From Tubulanus polymorphus (lineage: Eukaryota > Animalia > Nemertea), in NCBI RefSeq assembly GCF_964204645.1, contig NC_134025.1, positions 15,723,101-15,787,100 on the forward strand: 64,000 nt of DNA. The letters run 5' to 3'. The notes below the pieces were generated by a model. It was given only the letters and a program-made list of their open reading frames with translations. It did no database searches and was not told the origin of the DNA. The position numbers and the translations under genes are program-made. Numbering within the stretch: the first letter of the stretch is position 1; each line of letters opens with the position of its first letter. Shown here piece after piece: positions 1-14,600 of this stretch.

Positions 1-3000
1 AAAATTTGATACGAAAACGTCTTTTCTCGCGCTGAACGAAGTTTTCGGGGCAAAAAGTGCTTTTCCTGACGATTTGAGCCCTTTTACGCATCGACATTTT
101 CGTTTTTCCGGTAGGGGGAATATTTGATACGAAAACGTCTTTTCTCGCGCTGAACGACGTTTTCGGGTCGAAAAGTGCTTTTCCTGACGATTTGAGCGCT
201 TTTACGCATCGACATTTTCGTTTTTCCGATAGGGGGAATATTTGATACGAAAACGTTTTTTCTCGCGCTGAACGACGTTTTCGGGTCGAAAAGTTCTCTT
301 CCTGACGATTTAAGCGCTTTTACGCATCGACATTGTCGTTTTTCCGATAGGGGGAATATTTGATACGAAAACGTCTTTTCTCGCGCTGAACGACGTTTTC
401 GGGTCGAAAAGTGCTTTTCCTGACGATTTGAGCGCTTTTACGCATCGACATTTTCGTTTTTCCGATAGGGGGAATATTTGATACGAACACGTCTTTTCTC
501 GCGATGAACAAGGTTTTCGGGTCGAAAAGTGCTTTTCCTGAAGATTTGAGCCCTTTCACGCATCGACATTTTCGTTTTTTCCGATAGGGGGAATATTTGA
601 TACGAAAACGTTTTTTTCTCGCGCTGAACGACGTTTTCGCGTCGAAAAGTGCTTTTCCTGACGATTTGAGCGCTTTTACGCATCGACATCGTCGTTTTTC
701 CGATAGGGGGAATATTTGATACGAAAACGTCTTTTCTCGCGCTGAACGACGTTTTCGCGTCGAAAAGTGCTTTTCCTGGCGATTTGAGCGCTTTTACGCA
801 TCGACATCGTCTTTTTTCCGATAGGGGGAATATTTGATACGAGAACGTCTTTTCTCGCGCTGAACGACGTTTTCGCGTCGAAAAGTGCTTTTCCTGACGA
901 TTTGAGCGCTTTTACGCATCGACATTGTCGTTTTTCCGATAGGGGGAATATTTGATACGTAAACGTCTTTTCTCGCGCTGAACGACGTTTTCGCGTCGAA
1001 AAGTGCTTTTCCTGACGATTTGAGCGCTTTTACGCATCGACATTTTCGTGTTTCCGATAGGGGGAATATTTGATACGAAAACGTCTTTTCTCGCGCTGAA
1101 CGACGTTTTCGCGTCGAAAAGTGCTTTTCCTGACGATTTGAGCGCTTTTACGCATCGACATTTTCGTTTTTCCGATAGGGGGAATATTTGATACGAAAAC
1201 ATCTTTTCTCGCGCTGAACGACGTTTTCGCGTCGAAAAGTGCTTTTCCTGACGATTTGAGCGCTTTTACGCATCGACATTGTCGTTTTTCCGATAGGGGG
1301 AATATTTGATACGTAAACGTCTTTTCTCGCGCTGAACGACGTTTTCGCGTCGAAAAGTGCTTTTCCTGACGATTTGAGCGCTTTTACGCATCGACATTTT
1401 CGTGTTTCCGATAGGGGGAATATTTGATACGAAAACGTCTTTTCTCGCGCTGAACGACGTTTTCGCGTCGAAAAGTGCTTTTCCTGACGATTTGAGCGCT
1501 TTTACGCATCGACATTTTCGTTTTTCCGATAGGGGGAATATTTGATACGAAAACATCTTTTCTCGCGCTGAACGACGTTTTCGCGTCGAAAAGTGATTTT
1601 CCTGACGATTTGAGCGCTTTTACGCATCGACATTGTCGTTTTTTCCGATAGGGGGAATATTTGATACGAAAACATCTTTTCTCGCGCTGAACGACGTTTT
1701 CGCATCGAAAAGTGCTTTTCCTGAGGATTTGAGCGCTTTTACGCATCGACAACGTCGTTTTTCCGATAGGGGGAATATTTGATACGAAAACGTCTTTTCT
1801 CGCGCTGAACGACGTTTTCGCGTCGAAAAGTGCTTTTCCTGGCGATTTGAGCGCTTTTACGCATCGACATCGTCGTTTTTCCGATAGGGGGAATATTTGA
1901 TACGAAAACGTCTTTTCTCGCGCTGAACGACGTTTTCGCGTCGAAAAGTGCTTTTCCTGACGATTTGAGCGCTTTTACGCATCGACATTGTCGTTTTTCC
2001 GATAGGGGGAATATTTGATACGAAAACGTTTTTTCTCGCGCTGAACGACGTTTTCGCGTCGAAAAGTGCTTTTCCTGACGTTTTGAGCGCCTTTACGCAT
2101 CGATTTTTTCGTTTTTCCGATAGGGGGAATATTTGATACGAAAACGTCTTTTCTCACGCTGAACGACGTTTTCGCGTCGAAAAGTGCTTTTCCTGGCGAT
2201 TTGAGCGCTTTTACGCATCGACATTGTCCTTTTTCCGATAGGGGGAATATTTGATACGTAAACGTCTTTTCTCGCGCTGAACGACGTTTTCGCGTCGAAA
2301 AGTGCTTTTCCTGACGATTTGAGCGCTTTTACGCATCGACATTTTCGTGTTTCCGATAGGGGGAATATTTGATACGAAAACGTCTTTTCTCGCGCTGAAC
2401 GACGTTTTCGGGTCGAAAAGTGCTTTTCCTGACGATTTGAGCCCTTTCACGCATCGACATTGTCCTTTTTCCGATAGAGGGAATATTTGATACGAAAACG
2501 TCTTTTCTCGCGCTGAACGACTTTTTCGGGTCGAAAAGTGCTTTTCCTGACGATTTGAGACCTTTTACGCATTGACATTTTCGTTTTTCCGGTAGGGGGA
2601 ATATTTGATACGAAAACGTTTTTTCTCGCGCTGAACGACGTTTTCGGGTCGAAAAGTGCTTTTCCTGAAGATTTGAGCCCTTTCACGCATCGATATTGTC
2701 CTTTTTTCGATAGAGGGAATATTTGATACGAAAACGTCTTTTCTCGCGCTGAACGACGTTTTCGCGTCGAAAAGTGCTTTTCCTGGCGATTTGAGCGCTT
2801 TTACGCATCGACATTGTCGTTTTTCCGATAGGGGGAATATTTGATACGTAAACGTCTTTTCTCGCGCTGAACGACGTTTTCGCGTCGAAAAGTGCTTTTC
2901 CTGACGATTTGAGCGCTTTTACGCATCGACATTTTCGTGTTTCCGATAGGGGGAATATTTGATACGAAAACGTCTTTTCTCGCGCTGAACGACGTTTTCG

Positions 3001-5650
3001 CGTCGAAAAGTGCTTTTCCTGACGATTTGAGCGCTTTTACGCATCGACATTTTCGTTTTTCCGATAGGGGGAATATTTGATACGAAAACGTCTTTTCTCG
3101 CGCTGAACGACGTTTTCGGGGCAAAAAGTGCTTTTCCTGACGATTTGAGCCCTTTTACGCATCGACATTTTCGTTTTTCCGGTAGGGGGAATATTTGATA
3201 CGAAAACGTCTTTTCTCGCGCTGAACGACGTTTGAGCGCTTTTACGCATCGACATTTTCGTTTTTCCAATAGGGGGAATATTTGATACGAAAACGTCTTT
3301 TCTCGCGCTGAACGACGTTTTCGCGTCGAAAAGTGCTTTTCCTGACGATTTAAGCGCTTTTACGCATCGACATTGTCGTTTTTCCGATAGGGGAAAAATT
3401 TGATACGAAAACGTCTTTTCTCGCGCTGAACGAAGTTTTCGGGGCAAAAAGTGCTTTTCCTGACGATGTGAGCCCTTTTACGCATCGACATTTTCGTTTT
3501 TCCGGTAGGGGGAATATTTGATACGAAAACGTCTTTTCTCGCGCTGAACGACGTTTTCGGGTCGAAAAGTGCTTTTCCTGACGATTTGAGCGCTTTTACG
3601 CATCGACATTTTCGTTTTTCCGATAGGGGGAATATTTGATACGAAAACGTTTTTTCTCGCGCTGAACGACGTTTTCGGGTCGAAAAGTTCTCTTCCTGAC
3701 GATTTAAGCGCTTTTACGCATCGACATTGTCGTTTTTCCGATAGGGGGAATATTTGATACGAAAACGTCTTTTCTCGCGCTGAACGACGTTTTCGGGTCG
3801 AAAAGTGCTTTTCCTGACGATTTGAGCGCTTTTACGCATCGACATTTTCGTTTTTCCGATAGGGGGAATATTTGATACGAACACGTCTTTTCTCGCGATG
3901 AACAAGGTTTTCGGGTCGAAAAGTGCTTTTCCTGAAGATTTGAGCCCTTTCACGCATCGACATTTTCGTTTTTTCCGATAGGGGGAATATTTGATACGAA
4001 AACGTTTTTTTCTCGCGCTGAACGACGTTTTCGCGTCGAAAAGTGCTTTTCCTGACGATTTGAGCGCTTTTACGCATCGACATCGTCGTTTTTCCGATAG
4101 GGGGAATATTTGATACGAAAACGTCTTTTCTCGCGCTGAACGACGTTTTCGCGTCGAAAAGTGCTTTTCCTGGCGATTTGAGCGCTTTTACGCATCGACA
4201 TCGTCGTTTTTCCGATAGGGGGAATATTTGATACGAGAACGTCTTTTCTCGCGCTGAACGACGTTTTCGCGTCGAAAAGTGCTTTTCCTGACGATTTGAG
4301 CGCTTTTACGCATCGACATTGTCGTTTTTCCGATAGGGGGAATATTTGATACGTAAACGTCTTTTCTCGCGCTGAACGACGTTTTCGCGTCGAAAAGTGC
4401 TTTTCCTGACGATTTGAGCGCTTTTACGCATCGACATTTTCGTGTTTCCGATAGGGGGAATATTTGATACGAAAACGTCTTTTCTCGCGCTGAACGACGT
4501 TTTCGCGTCGAAAAGTGCTTTTCCTGACGATTTGAGCGCTTTTACGCATCGACATTTTCGTTTTTCCGATAGGGGGAATATTTGATACGAAAACATCTTT
4601 TCTCGCGCTGAACGACGTTTTCGCGTCGAAAAGTGATTTTCCTGACGATTTGAGCGCTTTTACGCATCGACATTGTCGTTTTTTCCGATAGGGGGAATAT
4701 TTGATACGAAAACATCTTTTCTCGCGCTGAACGACGTTTTCGCGTCGAAAAGTGATTTTCCTGACGATTTGAGCGCTTTTACGCATCGACAACGTCGTTT
4801 TTCCGATAGGGGGAATATTTGATACGAAAACGTCTTTTCTCGCGCTGAACGACGTTTTCGCGTCGAAAAGTGCTTTTCCTGGCGATTTGAGCGCTTTTAC
4901 GCATCGACATCGTCGTTTTTCCGATAGGGGGAATATTTGATACGAAAACGTCTTTTCTCGCGCTGAACGACGTTTTCGCGTCGAAAAGTGCTTTTCCTGA
5001 CGATTTGAGCGCTTTTACGCATCGACATTGTCGTTTTTCCGATAGGGGGAATATTTGATACGAAAACGTTTTTTCTCGCGCTGAACGACGTTTTCGCGTC
5101 GAAAAGTGCTTTTCCTGACGTTTTGAGCGCCTTTACGCATCGATTTTTTCGTTTTTCCGATAGGGGGAATATTTGATACGAAAACGTCTTTTCTCACGCT
5201 GAACGACGTTTTCGCGTCGAAAAGTGCTTTTCCTGGCGATTTGAGCGCTTTTACGCATCGACATTGTCCTTTTTCCGATAGGGGGAATATTTGATACGTA
5301 AACGTCTTTTCTCGCGCTGAACGACGTTTTCGCGTCGAAAAGTGCTTTTCCTGACGATTTGAGCGCTTTTACGCATCGACATTTTCGTGTTTCCGATAGG
5401 GGGAATATTTGATACGAAAACGTCTTTTCTCGCTCTGAACGACGTTTTCGGGTCGAAAAGTGCTTTTCCTGACGATTTGAGCCCTTTCACGCATCGACAT
5501 TGTCCTTTTTCCGATAGAGGGAATATTTGATACGAAAACGTCTTTTCTCGCGCTGAACGACGTTTTCGGGTCGAAAAGTGCTTTTCCTGACGATTTGAGA
5601 CCTTTTACGCATTGACATTTTCGTTTTTCCGGTAGGGGGAATATTTGATA
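1..5650. repeat. Higher-order duplication within A1, period 3394/3040 bp
   Basis: Private variants recur at a 3394-bp offset (aaaatttgat at 1 and 3395; cgcgatgaacaagg at ~500 and ~3894) and then at a 3040-bp offset (identical ORFs at 1975 and 5015, near-identical at 2211 and 5251). The difference is a 354-bp trimer duplicated in the first copy (identical ORFs at 912 and 1266). Confidence 0.85.
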
Positions 5651-8600
5651 CGAAAACGTTTTTGCTCGCGCTGAACGACGTTTTCGGGTCGAAAAGTGCT
5701 TTTCCTGACGATTTGAGCGCTTTTTACGCATCGACATTTTGGTTTTTTCGATAGGGGGAATATTTGATACGAACACGTCTTTTCTCGCGATGAACAAGGT
5801 TTTCGGGTCGAAAAGTGCTTTTCCTGAAGATTTGAGCCCTTTCACGCATCGACATTTTCGTTTTTCCGATAGGGGGAATATTTGATACGAAAACGTCTTT
5901 TCTCGCGCTGAACGACGTTTTCGCGTCGAAAAGTGCTTTTCCTGACGATTTGAGCGCTTTTACGCATCGACATTTTCGTTTTTCCGATAGGGGGAATATT
6001 TGATACGAAAACGTCTTTTCTCGCGGTGAACGACGTTTTCGGGTCGAAAAGTGCTTTTCCTGACGATTTGAGCCCTTTCACGCATCGACATTGTCCTTTT
6101 TCCGATAGAGGGAATATTTGATACGAAAACGTCTTTTCTCGCGCTGAACGACGTTTTCGGGTCGAAAAGTGCTTTTCCTGAAGATTTGAGCCCTTTCACG
6201 CATCGATATTGTCCTTTTTTCGATAGAGGGAATATTTGATACGAAAACGTCTTTTCTCGCGCTGAACGACGTTTTCGGGTCGAAAAGTGCTTTTCCTGAC
6301 GATTTGAGCGCTTTTACGCATCGACATTTTCGTGTTTCCGATAGGGGGAATATTTGATACGAAAACGTCTTTTCTCGCGCTGAACGACGTTTTCGGGGCA
6401 AAAAGTGCTTTTCCTGACGATTTGAGCCCTTTTACGCATCGACATTTTCGTTTTTCCGGTAGGGGGAATATTTGATACGAAAACGTCTTTTCTCGCGCTG
6501 AACGACGTTTTCGGGTCGAAAAGTGCTCTTCCTGACGATTTGAGCGCTTTTACGCATCGACATTTTGGTTTTTTCGATAGGGGGAAGATTTGATACGAAA
6601 ACGTCTTTTCTCGCGCTGAACGACGTTTTCGGGGCAAAAAGTGCTTTTCCTGACGATTTGAGCCCTTTTACGCATCGACATTTTCGTTTTTCCGGTAGGG
6701 GGAATATTTGATACGAAAACGTCTTTTCTCGCGCTGAACGACGTTTTCGGGTCGAAAAGTGCTTTTCCTGACGATTTGAGCGCTTTTACGCATCGACATT
6801 TTCGTTTTTCCGATAGGGGGAATATTTGATACGAAAACGTCTTTTCTCGCGCTGAACGACGTTTTCGCGTCGAAAATTGCTTTTCCTGACGATTTAAGCG
6901 CTTTTACGCATCGACATTGTCGTTTTTCCGATAGGGGGAATATTTGATACGAAAACGTTTTTTCTCGCGCTGAACGACGTTTTCGGGTCGAAAAGTGCTC
7001 TTCCTGACGATTTGAGCGCTTTAACGCATCGACATTTTGGTTTTTTCGATAGGGGGAAGATTTGATACGAAAACGTCTTTTCTCGCGCTGAACGACGTTT
7101 TCGGGGCAAAAAGTGCTTTTCCTGACGATTTGAGCCCTTTTACGCATCGACATTTTCGTTTTTCCGGTAGGGGGAATATTTGATACGAAAACGTCTTTTC
7201 TCGCGCTGAACGACGTTTTCGGGTCGAAAAGTGCTTTTCCTGACGATTTGAGCGCTTTTACGCATCGACATTTTCGTTTTTCCGATAGGGGGAATATTTG
7301 ATACGAAAACGTCTTTTCTCGCGCTGAACGACGTTTTCGCGTCGAAAAGTGCTTTTCCTGACGATTTAAGCGCTTTTACGCATCGACATTGTCGTTTTTC
7401 CGATAGGGGGAATATTTGATACGAAAACGTCTTTTCTCGCGCTGAACGACGTTTTCGGGTCGAAAAGTGCTTTTCCTGGCGATTTGAGCGCTTTTACGCA
7501 TCGACATTTTCGTTTTTCCGATAGAGGGAATATTTGATACGAAAACGTTTTTTCTCGCGCTGAACGACGTTTTCGGGTCGAAAAGTGCTTTTCCTGACGA
7601 TTTGAGCGCTTTTACGCATCGACATTTTGGTTTTTTCGATAGGGGGAATAGTTGATACGAAAACGTCTTTTCTCGCGCTGAACGACGTTTTCGGGGCAAA
7701 AAGTGCTTTTCCTGACGATTTGAGCCCTTTTACGCATCGACATTTTCGTTTTTCCGGTAGGGGGAATATTTGATACGAAAACGTCTTTTCTCGCGCTGAA
7801 CGACGTTTTCGGGTCGAAAAGTGCTTTTCCTGACGATTTGAGCGCTTTTACGCATCGACATTTTCGTTTTTCCGATAGGGGGAATATTTGATACGAAAAC
7901 GTCTTTTCTCGCGCTGAACGACGTTTTCGCGTCGAAAAGTGCTTTTCCTGACGATTTAAGCGCTTTTACGCATCGACATTGTCGTTTTTCCGATAGGGGG
8001 AATATTTGATACGAAAACGTCTTTTCTCGCGCTGAACGACGTTTTCGGGTCGAAAAGTGCTTTTCCTGGCGATTTGAGCGCTTTTACGCATCGACATTTT
8101 CGTTTTTCCGATAGAGGGAATATTTGATACGAAAACGTTTTTTCTCGCGCTGAACGACGTTTTCGGGTCGAAAAGTGCTTTTCCTGACGATTTGAGCCCT
8201 TTCACGCATCGACATTGTCCTTTTTCCGATAGAGGGAATATTTGATACGAAAACGTCTTTTCTCGCGCTGAACGACTTTTTCGGGTCGAAAAGTGCTTTT
8301 CCTGACGATTTGAGACCTTTTACGCATCGACATCGTCATTTTTCCGATAGGGGGAATATTTGATACGAAAACGTCTTTTCTCGCGCTGAACGACGTTTTC
8401 GCGTCGAAAAGTGCTTTTCCTGACGATTTGAGCGCTTTTACGCATCGACATTGTCTTTTTTCCGATAGGGGGAATATTTGATACGAAAATGTTTTTTCTC
8501 GCGCTGAACGACGTTTTCGGGTCGAAAAGTGCTTTTCCTGACGATTTGAGCCCTTTCACGCATCGACATTTTCGTTTTTCCGATAGGGGGAATATTTGAT

Positions 8601-11600
8601 ACGAAAACGTCTTTTCTCGCGCTGAACGACGTTTTCGCGTCGAAAAGTGCTATTCCTGACGATTTAAGCGCTTTTACGCATCGACATTTTCGTTTTTCCG
8701 ATAGGGGGAATATTTGATACGAAAACGTCTTTTCTCGCGCTGAACGACGTTTTCGCGTCGAAAAGTGATTTTCCTGACGATTTGAGCGCTTTTACGCATT
8801 GACATTGTCTTTTTTTCCGATAGGGGGAATATTTGATACGAAAACGTTTTTTCTCGCGCTGAACGACGTTTTCGGGTCGAAAAGTGCTCTTCCTGACGAT
8901 TTGAGCGCTTTTACGCATCGACATTTTGGTTTTTTCGATAGGGGGAAGATTTGATACGAAAACGTCTTTTCTCGCGCTGAACGACGTTTTCGGGGCAAAA
9001 AGTGCTTTTCCTGACGATTTGAGCCCTTTTACGCATCGACATTTTCGTTTTTCCGGTAGGGGGAATATTTGATACGAAAACGTCTTTTCTCGCGCTGAAC
9101 GACGTTTTCGGGTCGAAAAGTGCTTTTCCTGACGATTTGAGCGCTTTTACGCATCGACATTTTCGTTTTTCCGATAGGGGGAATATTTGATACGAAAACG
9201 TCTTTTCTCGCGCTGAACGACGTTTTCGCGTCGAAAATTGCTTTTCCTGACGATTTAAGCGCTTTTACGCATCGACATTGTCGTTTTTCCGATAGGGGGA
9301 ATATTTGATACGAAAACGTTTTTTCTCGCGCTGAACGACGTTTTCGGGTCGAAAAGTGCTCTTCCTGACGATTTGAGCGCTTTTACGCATCGACATTTTG
9401 GTTTTTTCGATAGGGGGAAGATTTGATACGAAAACGTCTTTTCTCGCGCTGAACGACGTTTTCGGGGCAAAAAGTGCTTTTCCTGACGATTTGAGCCCTT
9501 TTACGCATCGACATTTTCGTTTTTCCGGTAGGGGGAAGATTTGATACGAAAAGGTCTTTTCTCGCGCTGAACGACGTTTTCGGGGCAAAAAGTGCTTTTC
9601 CTGACGATTTGAGCCCTTTTACGCATCGACATTTTCGTTTTTCCGGTAGGGGGAATATTTGATACGAAAACGTCTTTTCTCGCGCTGAACGACGTTTTCG
9701 GGTCGAAAAGTGCTTTTCCTGACGATTTGAACGCTTTTACGCATCGACATTTTCGTTTTTCCGATAGGGGGAATATTTGATACGAAAACGTCTTTTCTCG
9801 CGCTGAACGACGTTTTCGCGTCGAAAAGTGCTTTTCCTGACGATTTAAGCGCTTTTACGCATCGACATTGTCGTTTTTCCGATAGGGGGAATATTTGATA
9901 CGAAAACGTCTTTTCTCGCGCTGAACGACGTTTTCGGGTCGAAAAGTGCTTTTCCTGACGATTTGAGCGCTTTTACGCATCGACATTTTCGTTTTTCCGA
10001 TAGGGGGAATATTTGATACGAAAACGTTTTTTCTCGCGCTGAACGACGTTTTCGGGTCGAAAAGTGCTTTTCCTGACGTTTTGAGCGCTTTTACGCATCG
10101 ATTTTTTCGTTTTTCCGATAGGGGGAATATTTGATACGAAAACGTTTTTTCTCGCGCTGAACGACGTTTTCGCGTCGAAAAGTGCTTTTCCTGACGTTTT
10201 GAGCGCTTTTACGCATCGATTTTTTCGTTTTTCCGATAGGGGGAATATTTGATACGAAAACGTCTTTTCTCACGCTGAACGACGTTTTCGCGTCGAAAAG
10301 TGCTTTTCCTGGCGATTTGAGCGCTTTTACGCATCGACATTGTCGTTTTTCCGATAGGGGGAATATTTGATACGAAAACGTCTTTTCTCGCGCTGAACGA
10401 CGTTTTCGCGTCGAAAAGCGCTTTTCCTGAGGATTTGAGCGCTTTTACGCATCGACATCGTCGTTTTTTCGATAGGGGGAATATTTGATACGATAACGTC
10501 TTTTCTCGCGCTGAACGACGTTTTCGCGTCGAAAAGTGCTTTTCCTGGCGATTTGAGCGCTTTTACGCATCGATATCGTCATTTTTCCGATAGGGGGAAT
10601 ATTTGATACGAAAACGTCTTTTCTCGCGCTGAACGACGTTTTCGCGTCGAAAAGTGCTTTTCCTGACGATTTGAGCGCTTTTACGCATCGACATTGTCGT
10701 TTTTCCGATAGGGGGAATATTTGATACGAAAACGTCTTTTCTCGCGCTGAACGACGTTTTCGCGTCGAAAAGTGCTTTTCCTGACGATTTGAGCGCTTTT
10801 ACGCATCGACATTGTCGTTTTTCCGATAGGGGGAATATTTGATACGAAAATATTTTTTCTCGCGCTGAACGACGTTTTCGGGTCGAAAAGTTGTTTTCCT
10901 GACGATTTGAGACCTTTTACGCATTGACATTTTCGTTTTTCGGGTAGGGGGAATATTTGATACGAAAACGTTTTTGCTCGCGCTGAACGACGTTTTCGGG
11001 TCGAAAAGTGCTTTTCCTGACGATTTGAGCGCTTTTTACGCATCGACATTTTGGTTTTTTCGATAGGGGGAATATTTGATACGAACACGTCTTTTCTCGC
11101 GATGAACAAGGTTTTCGGGTCGAAAAGTGCTTTTCCTGAAGATTTGAGCGCTTTTACGCATCGACATTGTCTTTTTTCCGGTAGGGGGAATATTTGATAC
11201 GAAACGTCTATTCTCGCGCTGAACGACGTTTTCGCGTCGAAAAGTGCTTTTCCTGACGATTTGAGCGCTTTTACGCATCGATATTGTCGTTTTTCCGATA
11301 GGGGGAATATTTGATACGAAAACATCTTTTCTCGCGCTGAACGACGTTTTCGGGTCGAAAAGTGCTTTTCCTGACGATTTGAGACCTTTTACGCATTGAC
11401 ATTTTCGTTTTTCGGGTAGGGGGAATATTTGATACGAAAACGTTTTTGCTCGCGCTGAACGACGTTTTCGGGTCGAAAAGTGCTTTTCCTGACGATTTGA
11501 GCGCTTTTTACGCATCGACATTTTGGTTTTTTCGATAGGGGAATATTTGATACGAACACGTCTTTTCTCGCGATGAACAAGGTTTTCGGGTCGAAAAGTG

Positions 11601-14600
11601 CTTTTCCTGAAGATTTGAGCGCTTTTACGCATCGACATTGTCTTTTTTCCGGTAGGGGGAATATTTGATACGAAACGTCTATTCTCGCGCTGAACGACGT
11701 TTTCGCGTCGAAAAGTGCTTTTCCTGACGATTTGAGCGCTTTTACGCATCGATATTGTCGTTTTTCCGATAGGGGGAATATTTGATACGAAAACATCTTT
11801 TCTCGCGCTGAACGACGTTTTCGCGTCGAAAAGTGATTTTCCTGACGATTTGAGCGCTTTTACGCATCGACATTGTCGTTTTTCCGATAGGGGGAATATT
11901 TGATACGAAAACATCTTTTCTCGCGCTGAACGACGTTTTCGCGTCGAAAAGCGCTTTTCCTGAGGATTTGAGCGCTTTTACGCATCGACATCGTCGTTTT
12001 TTCGATAGGGGGAATATTTGATACGAAAACGTCTTTTCTCGCGCTGAACGACGTTTTCGCGTCGAAAAGTGCTTTTCCTGACGATTTAAGCGCTTTTACG
12101 CATCGACATTGTCGTTTTTCCGATAGGGGGAATATTTGATACGAAAACGTCTTTTCTCGCGCTGAACGACGTTTTCGGGTCGAAAAGTGCTTTTCCTGAC
12201 GATTTGAGCGCTTTTACGCATCGACATTTTCGTTTTTCCGATAGGGGGAATATTTGATACGAAAACGTTTTTTCTCGCGCTGAACGACGTTTTCGGGTCG
12301 AAAAGTGCTTTTCCTGACGTTTTGAGCGCTTTTACGCATCGATTTTTTCGTTTTTCCGATAGGGGGAATATTTGATACGAAAACGTTTTTTCTCGCGCTG
12401 AACGACGTTTTCGCGTCGAAAAGTGCTTTTCCTGACGTTTTGAGTGCTTTTACGCATCGATTTTTTCGTTTTTCCGATAGGGGGAATATTTGATACGAAA
12501 ACGTTTTTTCTCGCGCTGAACGACGTTTTCGCGTCGAAAAGTGCTTTTCCTGGCGATTTGAGCGCTTTTACGCATCGACATTGTCCTTTTTCCGATAGGG
12601 GGAATATTTGATACGTAAACGTCTTTTCTCGCGCTGAACGACGTTTTCGCGTCGAAAAGTGCTTTTCCTGACGATTTGAGCGCTTTTACGCATCGACATT
12701 TTCGTGTTTCCGATAGGGGGAATATTTGATACGAAAACGTCTTTTCTCGCGCTGAACGACGTTTTCGCGTCGAAAAGTGCTTTTCCTGACGATTTGAGCC
12801 CTTTCACGCATCGACATTTTCGTTTTTCCGATAGGGGGAATATTTGAAACGAAAACGTCTTTTCTCGCGCTGAACGACGTTTTCGGGTCGAAAAGTGCTT
12901 TTCCTGACGTTTTGAGCGCCTTTACGCATCGATTTTTTCGTTTTTCCGATAGGGGGAATATTTGATACGAAAACGTCTTTTCTCACGCTGAACGACGTTT
13001 TCGCGTCGAAAAGTGCTTTTCCTGGCGATTTGAGCGCTTTTACGCATCGACATTGTCCTTTTTCCGATAGGGGGAATATTTGATACGTAAACGTCTTTTC
13101 TCGCGCTGAACGACGTTTTCGCGTCGAAAAGTGCTTTTCCTGACGATTTGAGCGCTTTTACGCATCGACATTTTCGTGTTTCCGATAGGGGGAATATTTG
13201 ATACGAAAACGTCTTTTCTCGCGCTGAACGACGTTTTCGGGTCGAAAAGTGCTTTTCCTGACGATTTGAGCCCTTTCACGCATCGACATTGTCCTTTTTC
13301 CGATAGAGGGAATATTTGATACGAAAACGTCTTTTCTCGCGCTGAACGACGTTTTCGGGTCGAAAAGTGCTTTTCCTGACGATTTGAGACCTTTTACGCA
13401 TTGACATTTTCGTTTTTCGGGTAGGGGAATATTTGATACGAAAACGTTTTTGCTCGCGCTGAACGACGTTTTCGGGTCGAAAAGTGCTTTTCCTGACGAT
13501 TTGAGCGCTTTTTACGCATCGACATTTTGGTTTTTTCGATAGGGGGAATATTTGATACGAACACGTCTTTTCTCGCGATGAACAAGGTTTTCGGGTCGAA
13601 AAGTGCTTTTCCTGAAGATTTGAGCGCTTTTACGCATCGACATTGTCTTTTTTCCGGTAGGGGGAATATTTGATACGAAACGTCTATTCTCGCGCTGAAC
13701 GACGTTTTCGCGTCGAAAAGTGCTTTTCCTGACGATTTGAGCGCTTTTACGCATCGATATTGTCGTTTTTCCGATAGGGGGAATATTTGATACGAAAACA
13801 TCTTTTCTCGCGCTGAACGACGTTTTCGCGTCGAAAAGTGATTTTCCTGACGATTTGAGCGCTTTTACGCATCGACATTGTCGTTTTTCCGATAGGGGGA
13901 ATATTTGATACGAAAACATCTTTTCTCGCGCTGAACGACGTTTTCGCGTCGAAAAGCGCTTTTCCTGAGGATTTGAGCGCTTTTACGCATCGACATCGTC
14001 GTTTTTTCGATAGGGGGAATATTTGATACGATAACGTCTTTTCTCGCGCTGAACGACGTTTTCGCGTCGAAAAGTGCTTTTCCTGGCGATTTGAGCGCTT
14101 TTACGCATCGATATCGTCATTTTTCCGATAGGGGGAATATTTGATACGAAAACGTCTTTTCTCGCGCTGAACGACGTTTTCGCGTCGAAAAGTGCTTTTC
14201 CTGACGATTTGAGCGCTTTTACGCATCGACATTGTCGTTTTTCCGATAGGGGGAATATTTGATACGAAAACGTCTTTTCTCGCGCTGAACGACGTTTTCG
14301 CGTCGAAAAGTGCTTTTCCTGACGATTTGAGCGCTTTTACGCATCGACATTGTCGTTTTTCCGATAGGGGGAATATTTGATACGAAAATATTTTTTCTCG
14401 CGCTGAACGACGTTTTCGGGTCGAAAAGTGCTTTTCCTGACGATTTGAGCCCTTTCACGCATCGACATTTTCGTTTTTCCGATAGGGGGAATATTTGATA
14501 CGAAAACGTCTTTTCTCGCGCTGAACGACGTTTTCGCGTCGAAAAGTGCTTACCTGACGATTTAAGCGCTTTTACGCATCGACATTTTCGTTTTTCCGAT

